From Octopus sinensis (lineage: Eukaryota), in assembly GCF_006345805.1 (NCBI RefSeq), contig NC_043016.1, positions 12,214,001-12,278,000 of the forward strand: a DNA stretch of 64,000 nt, given 5' to 3'. Of the stretch, positions 11,995 to 24,784 are shown piece by piece. Position 1 is the first letter of the stretch; every line of letters begins with the position of its first letter. The notes under the pieces are model-generated. The model saw only the letters and a program-made list of their open reading frames with translations, was not told where the DNA came from and ran no database searches. The translations under genes were made by a program, and so were the position numbers.

Positions 11995-13192
11995 CAGGGT
12001 GTTCAAGCTAAATTTGATAAATCTTATGTCTCCATTTTTTCAGGAGAGCATAAAGATTAAAGTTGTATTTGAGCAAAAGGTCAGTTGACATGGAGGACTG
12101 GAAGCCATCTGAATACTGGAAAAGAGTTACCTGTATCATGATTTGCAGCAGAAATGAAAATGCCAATGTCATGACAACTGCTTAATGCCCTGTGGACATT
12201 GTAAAGGGTCTAAGATGTGACATGGACAGCTGCAGCAGAGACTATGAAGCCATGGCCAACAGGAAGAGACACAGTAGGTGCTGTAACTGTGTCCACATAC
12301 CAGAATTCATTCAGTAACTGTACAATAGGGTGGCAGAAACCCTGACCAAGGGAATCCAGGCTTTGGTGAAAGAGATGGGCATTAAGATTTCTAGCATGAA
12401 GCTGACCCTGAATGAGGACATTTGCTACCACTCATACAAAAAGAACAAAGGACAAATTCTGACTGCTAATGCCAAGGAGAACTGCTTGACAAAGGCAAAG
12501 AAGCTCCTGAACAAGCCAAAGAATCCTACTAGGCCAAGGGTAATCTGGTTTCTCTCAGATGAAAATAACTTCTGCTGGGATCAGTTGCACAACATTCAGA
12601 ACATGGTAGCTTACCTACAATCCATGTGAAGTTCCAGATATCATGAAAACCAAGTTCCAAACTGTGGTGGTCTTTGGATGTGTCCTCAGTGAGGGCGACA
12701 TCATGCTGCCCCACTCTCTGAACAGAGCCTTAGACTCAATTCAAAAAGCTATGTGAAGCTTTTGGAGACTGTGGCCAAATGTTGGCTGGAGCAGATTGCT
12801 GTTGGAATACCATACATATGGCAGAAGGACTTAGGTCTTTATCATACCACCAGAAAGAGTGAAATGTGGTTGTCCAAGAATCTCTATGACTTCCCCAGCC
12901 CCAGTTTCTGGTCTCCTAATTCCTCTGATTGTAAACCAAGGGATTATTATGTGTGATCCACAGTAGAGAAAGGCACTAGCCATGCTGCCTGTAACACCAA
13001 AGCTGAGCTGGTGTTCAAAGATCTTCCCATGGACACAGAGAAGACTGCATGAGCCAAGTTCCAGAGCCATCTTGAGACCAGCTATAAATTAGTTGATATT
13101 TTTTTGATTAAAAAAAACCAACTTTTCTTTTTGAATGGGATTATGACGTTCTGTTGCATTGATGCAAACTCAAATTTAGCCTGAACACCCTG
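11995..13192 (+). mobile_element. Full-length degenerate maT (DD37D) Tc1/mariner element
   Basis: 23-bp TIRs CAGGGTGTTCA(A/G)GCTAAATTTGA with TA on the right and CA on the left. Relic transposase reads WFLSDENNF, VVFGCVLSEGD and QKD-(37 aa)-DYYV, with several stops and frameshifts. Confidence 0.9.
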
Positions 13193-15489
13193 TAAGCAAT
13201 AGCATACATGCCTTGATGTGTGCACTATAGAGTTCTGCTGAATCAACAGCAAAAGAATGTGCAAAACATAGAAAATACATTATATTATACCAAAACAATA
13301 AATAAGCTAACTAGACAATACGACAAACTCATTGTTTGACTAATTCCAGGTAAGTGCTGATCAATGGAATTTGCTCAAGGTGTGTATGAATGACTATATT
13401 ATCCAATGTGTCTCTTTCTTTCTTTTTTAACAATGGTATGGAATGATTTGAAGGAAATTAGATTTAACTGCTATTTCTAATTCACTGAAAGCTACTTCAT
13501 AAGAACATTGGTTCTCAACCTTTTTTAATATCTGGGCCAGATCCAAAACCTGGATTTTCTTAGGGGCTTTGCACCCAAAAAAGTAAAATGCAAGCCAGTT
13601 AAAGAAATAATTATATTTATAGAAGGAAAACCAGGGTCTATTAGAAGGAAGCTTGAGGGCTGCATATGGGAGCTGCAGTTCAGAATCATTGTCTTAGAAG
13701 TTTCTATATATAAAAATGTAATGGAGAACAAATTGTTGTAAAGGAATTAAGTACTAAAGATTTCCATTACTGAATGTGAAGTTCCTCTAATTATGTCTTA
13801 AGGAAAGACAAAAACATCACAAGTATTGTAAAATATCAGGGACAAACCACTTTAGGTCCTCTCAGATTTGAAACATAAGGAATAAATAAGATTGAGTTCA
13901 GTTAATGCTCAAGTGTTGCAGCGGAATGCCAAGTAGAAGGAAGGAAATTCCAGAAGAAAGATGCAGTTCTGGGGAGGAAGGACTATGTAAATACTTAGTA
14001 GAGAGTTTGTGAGTTAAGAAATAATGAGTGATGGTAGTGGTAGTGGGGATAATATCGAGAAGATCTGTACTCCACAGCAGAAATGTTAAGACCGGTCCCG
14101 TTGGTGGTGAAAAGCACTCATGGCAGTGCCATGTAAAAGTGCCCATGTAGCACCACATAAAAATGCCCATGTGACACCATATAAAAGCACCTGTGCAGTG
14201 CCACATAAAAGCATCCAAAACACTTTAAAGTGGTTGGTGTTAGGAAGGGCATCCAGCCATAGAAACTATGCCAAATCAGACTGGAATCTGGTGCAGCCTC
14301 TCCACTCCCCCAGCTTGCCAGCTCTGGTCAAACTGTCCAACCCATGCTAGCATGGGATGTTAAATGACGATGATGAGTCAACCACGTTCCATTTACAAAT
14401 AGCTATACTAGAAGACACTTGTCTAATGTGCCATGCAGTGGGACTGAACCCGGAACCATGTGGCTGGGAAGCAAGTTTCTTACCACACAGCCACTCCTGT
14501 GCCCATTCTGCATTTTTTTTTAGATGGTTAAAATATAATTTTTAGAGTAGTCAGGAAATAATATTTTAGGGTGGTTAAGATTTTTTTCTTATTTTTGGTA
14601 GAAATAGTTTGCTTAATATGGTCTGTGAAGTGTCCTACAATAACTACTAAGATCCCAGTTTCAACCTTATTAGGTCTCTTTAGGCTTTCATGAAGTAGCA
14701 TGTGACTACAAATAATGTTTTACATCTTGTTAAAAACAATTCAAAAGTATTCTTCTTCAGCAAAACTGGATACTTTGGAAGCAAGTGAATATACTTTCAA
14801 TACCGATGTATTTAGTCATCATACCATAAAGTGTTCAACATAACTTTTATCTATACGACAAGAACATCTCCTCCAATGTCCCCTACTCTCTTAAAGGATC
14901 TTTAAATTGCAAGGTATTTGGTGACCCTGCCAGTGACAGTGCCATGTAAAAAGCATCCAGTCCACACTGTAAAGTGGTTGGCATTTGGAAGGGCATCCAG
15001 CCATAAAAACCCTGCCAAAACAGTCACAGAAGTCTGGTGCAGTCTTCTGCCTGGCCAACTCCTGTCAAAATGTCCAACCCAAACCAGCATAGAAGGCAGG
15101 TGCTAAACAGTGATGATAATATAAAAAGAGATGAAGCAAAGTTAAAATATAACTAGAATCTGTCATATTTTAGAAACGGGTAGTATTATTTTATAGCAAG
15201 ATTGGTAGAATTGTAAGCACACTGAACAAAATGGTTAGCAGCATTTCAACCAGTTTTACATTCTGACTTTAAATTCTGCAAGAGGTTAACTTTGCCTTTC
15301 ATCGTTTTGGATTGATAAAATAAGTACCAGTTAAGCACTGGGGTCAATGTAATCAAAGAGCCCTCTTCATGCAAAATTTCAGGCCTTATGCCCATTGTAG
15401 AATGATTTAAATTTATAGCAAGATATAATTCTTTCTTGAGTAATGTTTTGTCTTTCCTTACATTGGTCTGAAGGAAGGGACTATCTTCA

Positions 15490-15775
15490 CAGCCTTCACG
15501 AGTCCTACAAGAGCGGTAAGAGAGGAAAAATACGCAGGGGAAAAATATTCCAGAGGGTTGACACTTTGGGGCATAAGGGGCAGGTGAAGTGATTAGTGCT
15601 GATTTCAGAGATTGTGACAAGAGGAAGAGAAGTAAGACAAATGGTCCTGAGTGGAGGTAGTTCAAGGCCAGCAAGTTTGAGGAACAGAGGCCACAATAGC
15701 AGTGTCAGCAGAGGATACAAAGTGAAGAAGGAGACTACATATATGAAGCTGGAGAGCATTTGTGAGTGATTTAAT
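15490..15775 (-). mobile_element. L2/CR1-group LINE 3' fragment
   Basis: Relic reads ELPPLRT...PKVSTLWNIFPLRIFP, similar to the RT C-terminal WN.LP..VFP motif. The same family occurs at ~300-570 and 20745-21270. Confidence 0.6.
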
Positions 15776-16853
15776 GCCAACCAACCTTAGGTCTCATAGT
15801 TCTTTCATTTTTAAATATGTTTTAAAATAAAACAAGTATTTAATTATTGAAGAGTGCAAAGAAATTTTTGACATGACATCATGGCAAATATTTTCCATGT
15901 GAGAAATAATTTCTTTCTTTTGCACAAAGAAAAAAATTCCTCAATGTGGCACCATTGATTTTCCACAACTTTTTGATAATGCTTCTAATTCAGCTTCAGA
16001 TTGCCAACTTTGTAACTGTTTGACTTGCACTGTTTTCAACAATAACATCATTATCATTTTTCACCATCTTCTCTCTTTCTCGCCTTTTCCAACTGGTGGG
16101 TAGCCGTGCATCACCTCTACTGCAAAACACCTATTTCCTGACCCTCTATTCAGATTCTAATGTCATATTGCATGGAACTAAGCCACCCACCTCAATACGA
16201 CTCCTACCTAAGTTGAGGGGCTCATCTTGTAAGATATTTGGTGACCTCACAGCTGCTGGTGCCATGCAAAAAGCACCCATTACACTTTATGAAGTGGTTG
16301 GTGTTAAGGAAGGGCATCCAGCCATAGAAACCATTCCAAAGCAGACAGCAGAGCTATGCACCGTCTTCTAACTTACCAGCTACTGTCAAACTGTTCAACC
16401 TAAACCAGCATTAGAAGGAGGATATTAAATGATGATGATCACCATCAGCAGCAGTAGCAACATCACCATAATATTTACATCTGTTTTTCCATGCTTGCAT
16501 GGGTTGAACAGAACCTTTTCAACACAGCACCTCAGCATTTGTCGTATTCTTCAGTAAGATTCAACATCCTGAGATCAGCTTTTATCACCTCCATCCATGC
16601 CCTCTTCCTACTCACTTTTCTCCTGCTTTCATACCCTGGCATTAATCTTTTATTTTTCACTTGTTTCAGTCATTAGACTGGAGCCATGCTGGGGCACCAC
16701 CCTTCAAGAATTTTTAGTCAAATGAATCAACACCTGCATTTCCTTTTAAACTTGGTACTTATTCTATTGATCTCTAATGCCAAACTGCTAAGTTATGGAG
16801 ATATAAACACATCAACACCAGTTGTCAAACACTAGTGGCGGACAAACAGACAG

Positions 16854-16904
<51 letters not shown>

Positions 16905-18467
16905 ATATATATAAATATATATACACACACACACACGACAGGCTCCTTTCAGTTTCCGCCTATCAAATCCATTCACAAGGCTGTGGTTAACCTGAGGTTA
17001 CAGTAGAAGATACTTGACCAAGGTGTCATGCAATGGGACTGAACCTGGAACCATGTGGTTGAGAAGCAAATTTCTTACCACACAGCTACACCTGTGCCTA
17101 GCCCTTTACTCTGCCTGTTGTTATTCACCGTGAACATCATGTGCCCATACCAATGCAATCTTTGGTCTTGCACACATCACACACTCCTCTTATACCTAAT
17201 TTTTCTCTCGGCTCAATCTTTATCACATTGTTCATGCATGCTAATATCACACCCACACCCAGACTAAACTCTGAGAAGTCAGACCATAGTACAATTGGTT
17301 GAAATATTACATTCATGTGGCTAGACTACTAACACTGAATGTTCTTTTAGTTGTACAAACAGAAAAGTAAATTACAAGTGAAATTTTCGTTCAGGTGTAA
17401 ATATGCAATAAGCATCCAATATCAGAAAACTGATCATATTTTATAAATATTTTGCTGGTTACAAGTTAAGGTAGCCTCTTTGCAGTTACTTGACACGTTA
17501 TTAGCTTCAGCAGCCATATCTCCCTCAAATCTCATTCTACTGTTTATAAAAGCAAGGAAAGAAATAGAGGATAATATTCTAGGGACCTCTAAAAGAGCAA
17601 TTTGGTTAAAGTTAGAATTTCTTTGATCAAAGGTTTCACAGTTCACTTGGAGCTAAAAAACAACAACTGAGTGGTTATGCTATGAATTATGAACGTAATA
17701 TATCATCAGAGATGCTAAGAAATGATACTGGCAAGTTTTAATTATAAAAAGAAGTTGTGACAATTAAGTTGATTGGAATATCTGCAGAGGTATTTTCACA
17801 AGGAAGTAAATTGTTTCTGATATGACAAGCATTTCAGCCATAAGTATTCCATTTCCCCTTTTCAGGTCTATAAAACTATATTCTGTATTTTATTTTTGTT
17901 TTGCTTTCTTTATTTAGAACAACTTGATGTGATTTGAAGGGGATTTGGCTGCTGCTTCTAGCAAGTCAAGCAAAGACAGAGTAACTCAAAACAATCAGTG
18001 ATAGAGATAGATGGGGGAAAAAGAGAATGAGTGAGAGTGACAAGGACAAAAAAAAAGGGAGAAACAAACAGTAGGAGTGAAGTGGATGAAAAGAAAAGAG
18101 AGAATCAAACAGATAAGTAAAATATCTGTTAGGAACAATATAGTAAGAAACTCACAAGAGACAATATGGTAAGAAACTCACAGCAGTGGGTCTTCAAAGA
18201 AGCCCACCTGTAGCAAGTATTTTGACCCTTAACTTCTCATACTTTAAGGGGGATGGGTTGCATTCAGGTCATGACTCCTGGGTGCTCCTCTACTGACACT
18301 TTTAAGCCATTTGGATATCGGAGACGTGTGCACTTAAACTGCTTGAAGATTTCATCAAGGTGTAGATGAAGTCACCAAGCGGCAGAAAATACAGGCTCAA
18401 GTGTGAGTGTGTGGAATTGTATAAGTGAAACAAAGTTTAAGAAAGAAAACCAAATTATTGTTCTTAC

Positions 18468-18863
18468 CTGTGTTGAATGAATTGGTTACAACAGCAGTTG
18501 CTGTAGATATAGAAGCTGAAGAAGTGTTAGATGCAGTTAGTCCAACTGAAGTTTGTACTGTTCCTTGCACTATCACAGGACTGTTTGGTTGTGTACAGAA
18601 AGAGTACTTACAATTGGCTGTGTTAATACCTGAGTAGTGTAAGTATTAGACAAAGAAGAAACATCCCTAGTAGGAATCACAGTACTAGTCCGATTATTTA
18701 CAGGAAGGAATGAGGCATCGACTGTAACAGGCGTTGCACTTGGCAACAACGTCAGTGTCATCATGTGTGGGTTTTCCTTTGGAAGAAGAGTCCGTTGAAA
18801 GAATACAGGCTTTTGTGCACTATGAAGCAATTTTCTACGATACCTTGTTGGTCTGTATTTATT
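18468..18863 (-). CDS. CRAMP1: CRAMP1 exon 13 (NKYRPTRYRRKLLHSAQKPVFFQRTLLP ... AVVTNSFNT) with an apparent 1-nt frameshift near 18585
   Basis: gatttgtag| acceptor and G|GTAAGA donor. Frame A carries QRTLLP and stops at TGA 18575-18573. Frame B is open from about 18648 to the donor. Adding 1 nt gives phase 0 to 1, matching exon 14. Confidence 0.8.
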
Positions 18864-20217
18864 CTACAAATCAAACAGAAATAAACTTTAGTAGATATTA
18901 CAGGAAATATTTAGCAAATATTAAGAACAGCTGAATGTGTTTAGGAACCTAAACATCTTGATATATCAAAAGACTTTTATCTCATTATCATCATTTAACA
19001 TCCACTTTTCTGAGCATGCATGGCTGAAAGTTCATTTGAGGCAGATCATCTACAGTCTGATGTCCTTCCTGTTGTCAACACTCACCTGTTTCCAAGCAAG
19101 GTAATAATTTCTCTATGGCCAGACATGTTCTTGCAGAATATTGGAAATATGGGAAATGAATGACACTGCTGGTATGACTGGGGACTGAACCCGGAACCAT
19201 ATGTTTGGGAAGCAAACTTCTTACCACACAGCCACACCCCTGCCTGTAGTTTATAATTTGATATCTAACATCTCAAATGTAGGCCACAGACATAATCAAT
19301 TAGAGTGACACAAGTAACTGATCCAGAGAGAAATAAATAAGATTTGAACCTGGATCATAAATGTATACAGCTAAATTTTATCATTCTACCAATCTACAAC
19401 TATTTTGTAGATTATAATATTAAAACGTAACTCTCCGAACTGGTATTTCCATCAGTCTTGTTTATTGCCTTCTATACTCACCTCTACCCCCATCTCTAAC
19501 CATGCATTACAGCCCCCTCATAGTACACCCACTTCATCTGATCAACTGTTCATATCCTCTCTTAGGATCACCTTGTACCTTGAGAGTTTGTTCTGATGTT
19601 CTATCACTACCTTCCTTTTATCTAATTCAGCCATGTATCTCTGTAACAAGATACCTGTGTTTGTCTCTCTATCATACCAGACTTTCAACAAACTCGTATA
19701 TGGCTACCTAAACTTCTCAAATACTTCCCCTATTTGGTGGAGGTTGGGGCCTCTTTCTTTCCCTGTCTTATAAGTTATCTGCTAACCTCACTTGTGCCAG
19801 TAAATGAGAAAAAAAGCACCCAGTACACACTGTAAAGTGGCTGGCATTAAGAAGGGCATTTGTAGGAACCAAACTTGGCTGTAGGAACATACCTAGTATT
19901 AGGAAAGACATCTGTAAGAACCATACCTGGCTGTAGGAACCATACCTGGCTGTAAGAACCATACCAAGCTGTATGAACCATACCAGGCTGTAGGAACCAT
20001 ACCTGGCTGTAAGAACCATACCTGGCTGTTGAAACAATACCTGGCTGTAGGAACCATACCAAAATAGAATCTGGAGCTTAGTGCAGCCTTGTGGCTTGCT
20101 GGATCCTGTCATATTGTCCAACCCATGCCAGCATAGAAAAAGGATGTTAAATGGTAGTGATAATGAACTAATTTGAAATGTTAAAAGTACAGTCATAACA
20201 GAATCAAGTGAACTTAC

Positions 20218-20310
20218 TATGTATTCATTTGTAACAAAAGTTTGTGGCAGTGGCCCTTTTCCTGGTATCACAGGTACTCGAAAAACTCCATCAACACGTT
20301 CAGAATCATC
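20218..20310 (-). CDS. CRAMP1: CRAMP1 exon 12 (DDSERVDGVFRVPVIPGKGPLPQTFVTNEYI)
   Basis: ttttggtag| ... ATA|GTAAGT, 93 nt, phase 0 to 0. Confidence 0.85.
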
Positions 20311-20744
20311 CTACCAAAATAATTGTAAATATGTTTTTATAATATATACAACAATCAGATCGTGTGAGAGCAAAACTTGTGAAAAGTTTACAAAAGGATT
20401 TCACATATTAAAAAAAAAAAAGAATATTTGAATTTAAATTATTAACCACAAGTAAAAGGTTAATCAAATTAAAATATGTTTAATCAATACTTATTTTATC
20501 AACATCAGAGGCATGACACCTAAAATTTGACATTAAAATGGTTTGAATTCCAATACACGTAGATCAATCAATTAAATATTGTGTACTATCTTGCCACTAG
20601 TAATTTACTGTCTCTATAAGATTCTGCTTTTGAAAATAGCCATCTCCTGGAACTTACAGTCTTCCACTTCTAATGTAGAGTAGATATTTACAACAAGAAA
20701 TATTTTCGAGCAAGTTGTTGAAATACAGAATTTCATTTATTTTT

Positions 20745-21270
20745 TTTTTTACTTGTGTCTGTTAGAAGTGGCTGCCCTGGCCTGTGCAGGCTTTCCAAAA
20801 CCAATGAGATTGATGCCATTAACATTCCTCTTGGAATTTTTAAAATCAATACCTGCAGGAAAGATATGATTAGGCAGGTGTGTCGATATTCTGAAAAGGG
20901 AAGTCTGGGTATAGAGTTTAGTACACCATTATAGAATTAGTAGAAAAAGGAGACAGAGAGAGAGAGAGGGGTTATAGTGTGCCTGTGGGCTGGAGGCTAG
21001 AGTGGTTCAATAAGTACTTTATGCCAGTTAATCAGGTAGCTATTTTGTTGATGCAGTCTACATTGATTGTGTGAACAGCTGCAACACCATTCCAGATGTG
21101 AGAGCAACACTCCATTGTATGCCTCACCTAAGCTTTGTAGCGTGTTAATTGTTGGGGCCACTGAAGTACCTCCTGGTCTTCAAGTGAAAGGACTTGGTAT
21201 AAATGAAGAATTGTAATTAGCATGTTAACCGCTACATTTACCAATAGTGGTTCATCACAAACTTCACTCA
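20745..21270 (-). mobile_element. L2/CR1-group LINE 3' end with A-rich tail
   Basis: Relic reads YKA*VRHTMECCSHIW ... HLPNHIFPAGIDFKNSKRNVNGINL, followed by a short 3'UTR and poly(A) (T-run at ~20738-20750 on +). Confidence 0.7.
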
Positions 21271-21601
21271 ATCGCCATATGTATTTTCATAATTTGAGAA
21301 AACATTTTATTCTAAATCTTTGACATGGTTTTGAGGAGATTTAAATAACGAGTGTTAAATATTAAAGTTTAATTAAGAAATATTGTAAAAATGTAAAAAA
21401 AATTACATTTCCTTGTAATTAAATAGTATACTGTATGACTGGAAATATGTGGCACTAACAGACTATGGCAGTTAAAGTATTAAGACAGTGAACAATAATA
21501 TTCTATTCAAGATTTTCTTATTCATAACATTAACCTCTGAAATTAAGGTTGAATTCATTATGTTTACAGCTAAATAAATTTATAGATACACAAATACATA
21601 C

Positions 21602-21823
21602 GTTTTTCTCTTCTGTTTTTTGTTCTTTTTTGTCATGTGAACGTTTAACAGCATTTTCAGAATTTCCACAAGATTCCTTATAAATTGCACCATTTTTGGT
21701 ATTATTTTGAAGACAAGCGTTCCTATTGATGTTTTTGTTCACAAACTTTGAATTAGTTTTTGCATCCGAAGGATTCAATAGTTTGCCACAAGCTTCGCAA
21801 ACTTCGCAGCCAGCACTGTTAGC
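21602..21823 (-). CDS. CRAMP1: CRAMP1 exon 11 (ANSAGCEVCEACGKLLNPSDAK...KTEEKN)
   Basis: ctttttag| ... AAC|GTATGT, 222 nt, phase 0 to 0. Confidence 0.85.
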
Positions 21824-22132
21824 CTAAAAAGTGAGAAACATACTTGAAAAATGTTAACCCAAAATAACCTAAGAAATACAGAACTCTTGAGAAATGCAAT
21901 AATTGTTTCTAATTTAGGCACAAGGTCAACAATTTTGAGGTAAGGTAGTTAGTTGATGCCACGGATTGAAATCTTATCCCAGAGGGATAAAAGGTAAAGT
22001 CGACCATGGCAGGATTTCAACACAGAGTGTAAAGGGTCAGAAAAAAATACTGCAAGGTGCTTTTTCCGATGTTCTAACAATTCTGCCAATGTATTACTCT
22101 CAAGAAATATGATAAAATAAAAAAAATTCTAC

Positions 22133-22854
22133 CTTTCCACTTTTTGGTTTTTCATTTGACTTTGGTGCTTTAACTTTAACATAGTCCGTAAATTCCATTG
22201 TTGCCAAATGTACAAGTCTTCGCAGCCTATTGATGATAGAGTAAGATTCATATAATTTATCTTTAGAATCGGGAGATGTCTTTGACCAATCATATTCAAG
22301 TCTTATGGGTTCATCTTTGCCAAAAATTAAAAAAAGCTGAGCAACTGTCAAGTTCTCAGCTTCCTTCATTGTCCATCCCTTTTTAGATTGTTCAAGAAGC
22401 TTTATTTTTATTTTTTCTAAATCTTCAGAAGTACGAATGTCTGTTGTATTAGGAGCTACAGATGAACTGTTTGATGTGACTGTTGTGGTGTGTGATGTGT
22501 TGCAAGATGTTACTGCAGATTTATTTTCATCATTTTTTTCAGACACTTGTGGAGACATTTCTAGTGTTTTGTTTTCCGCAGAATTCAACACAGGTTGACT
22601 AGAATTTTCAGAAACATTACTGCTGCTGTGTGACATCATAGTATCGGGAAACATTGCATTGTCAGAACTCACATCAGCAAAATCTGTTGTTCCTGAAACT
22701 GTTACTGGACCATCAGATTCTTTTATGAAAGAACCTGAAAGAATTCCATCATCTTTGGCATTTTCAGAGGATAATTTTGGTGACTGTACAAAAGCAGCAT
22801 CGCAGGAATTTTCATTATTTGTAGATACTGTTGGCATTATCCTGGCTTTATGTG
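22133..22854 (-). CDS. CRAMP1: CRAMP1 exon 10 (large S/T/E-rich exon with the LTVAQLFLIFGKDEPIRLEYDW motif)
   Basis: ttttgcag| ... AAG|GTAGAA, 722 nt open, phase 1 to 0. Overlaps track ORF 22100..22837. Confidence 0.93.
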
Positions 22855-24521
22855 CTGCAAAATAAATAAATAAATAAAATTAATAAAATAAAGTAAACAA
22901 TTTTTTTAAATATAAATCTTAGAAAAATAATAAATAGTTCCTAAACCAATATAATTCTTCTACTCTTAATTATGCTACCTGTTTCAGTCACTGGACTGCA
23001 ACCTTAGCAAAGCACTGCCTCAGCCTTTAGGAGTCTTAGTTGATTACCAACAATTGTAATTTTGATACTATGACACCTCATGCAGTTAAGAATTTCACTT
23101 TATGATTGTGTGATTCCATGTTGGAAACCACTTCATGTTACTTTGGTCAAGTGTCTAATATTGTAGCTGTGAGTCTTGAGCTTTTCTGGTGAAAAAAGGA
23201 ATTGTTTAATACATGAAGGGACAAACAGACATAAGAGACACACACACAGATATATACCTATCTATCTATCTATCTATATATATATATATATATATACAGA
23301 AGGCTTCTTTCAGTTTCTGTTCACTAAGTCCATTCACAAGGCTTTGGTCAACTTGAGGCAACAGTAGAAGACACTTGCCCAAGGTGCCATGCAGTCAGAC
23401 TGAACCCAGAACCATGTGGTTGGGATGCAAGCTTCTTACCACATAGCAATGCCTACACCTATAACACCCACAGCATTTAATGTCCAAATTCCATACTGGC
23501 ATGGGACACTTTGACAGGATCAAAAGAGCCAAAGGGCTGCACCATGCCACAGTATCTACGTTGGCATGGTTTCTATGGCCAGATGCCTTTCCCAATGTCA
23601 ACCACTTTACGGCAAGTACTGCATGTTTTTATCATGCTACGAGCAATAGAGGTTGCCACAGAGCTTGCGAGGCTACAAACCCCAGAGGACTAACTATGCT
23701 AGGAGATGAAGAGTAAAGAGAGATGAAGTATGAGAGAAAAAGGCTGGAGCAAAACAGGTTCCTTGCTGTAGAGGAGTCATCTGACTACTCATATACAAAT
23801 GCAATATACTTATCAACATTTAACGTCCTTTTTCCTTGCTGGCATGGGTTGGATGGTTTGACAGGGAATGGTAAGGCCACACCAGGTTACATAGTCTGTT
23901 TCGGCTTAGTTTCAGCAGCTGGATACCCTTCTTAATGCCAACCACTTTACAGAATGTACTGGGTGCGTTTTACATGGCACCAGCACAGATTATTAGTTGT
24001 TGTTTAGATCAAAGTTAGCACAGATTGTGCTAACATATGATTAAAGGAATACAGCTGTGACCATCCCATCTTGGAATATCTTGGACAAAATTACTCAATG
24101 TGACCTTCCTGTTTTGAAAATGAAGCAGTGTTGAGGGAGATTTGGTTGCTATTTCTAGCAAGCTAAACACTCATGTTGAGACTAATGTGTTGGCTAATTA
24201 ATTTACAAGTTTAACTATTTAACATGTAACTTACTTTCATGATTCCAAATAAAAACAGAGCAAATCTTTGGAGCCAATGAGCAAACCCCTATAAGGTGAC
24301 TCAACTTGCTAGAAAACACAACCAAATCTCCGTCAAATACACCTTACTGTGTTAAAAAAGAAGGAATGGCATATTTGATAATATACAGTATGGTCTGAAT
24401 GAGTCAATATATTCAGGGCTATAGTTCCACCTAAATCAGTGCTGACCTGACAACAGCAATAGTAATTCAAATGTGACACACAAAGAGCTTCAATGAAATT
24501 AATTTAAAAAGTAAGAAGTAC

Positions 24522-24672
24522 CTTTTATATTTGTATAATAGTTACTGAGCTTCAGATCAGGCTTTGGTGCTGTTTCTATTGCTTGAAGAGAAACTGGATA
24601 GCATTTACTGGACCTATGAGGGTATAATACAAGCTGCTTCTGACTTTCATCAAATGAGTTCAAACTCTCTTT
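24522..24672 (-). CDS. CRAMP1: CRAMP1 exon 9 (KESLNSFDESQKQLVLYPHRSSKCYPVSLQAIETAPKPDLKLSNYYTNIK)
   Basis: ccttcactcctcactag| ... G|GTACTT, 151 nt open frame, phase 0 to 1. Bridges exons 8 and 10. Confidence 0.8.
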
Positions 24673-24784
24673 CTAGTGAGGAGTGAAGGAAATGTTTCAC
24701 TAAATATAAAACACTGCAAAGTATTTGAGGTCCCATGATTGAAAGAGAAAAACCTAAAGAAAGGATTTTATTTCTTTACAAATA

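Noticed and set aside
17434-17646. 71-codon minus-strand ORF (RMRFEGDMAAEANNVSS...) as a CRAMP1 exon
   Set aside because: The available acceptors are phase 2, while the preceding donor is phase 1. In phase 1 it hits an immediate stop.
18581-18611. 31-nt GTAAGT...ACAG mini-intron to explain the frameshift
   Set aside because: It is too short, and splicing it leads into a third frame that stops after 17 codons.
19865-20062. CRISPR-like regularly repeated units (also 31965-32163)
   Set aside because: There are no unique spacers and no cas genes, and the context is eukaryotic. These are plain minisatellites.
19768-20271. 167-aa minus-strand ORF with repeated YGSYSQVWFLQPG
   Set aside because: Only its first ~18 codons belong to CRAMP1 exon 12. 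The rest is read-through into a minisatellite inside a family-C repeat.
20752-20852. Exon-like segment cctgcag|GTATTG...ACAA|GTAAAA
   Set aside because: Its phases do not fit exons 11 and 12, and it is the C-terminus and 3'UTR of the LINE at 20745-21270.
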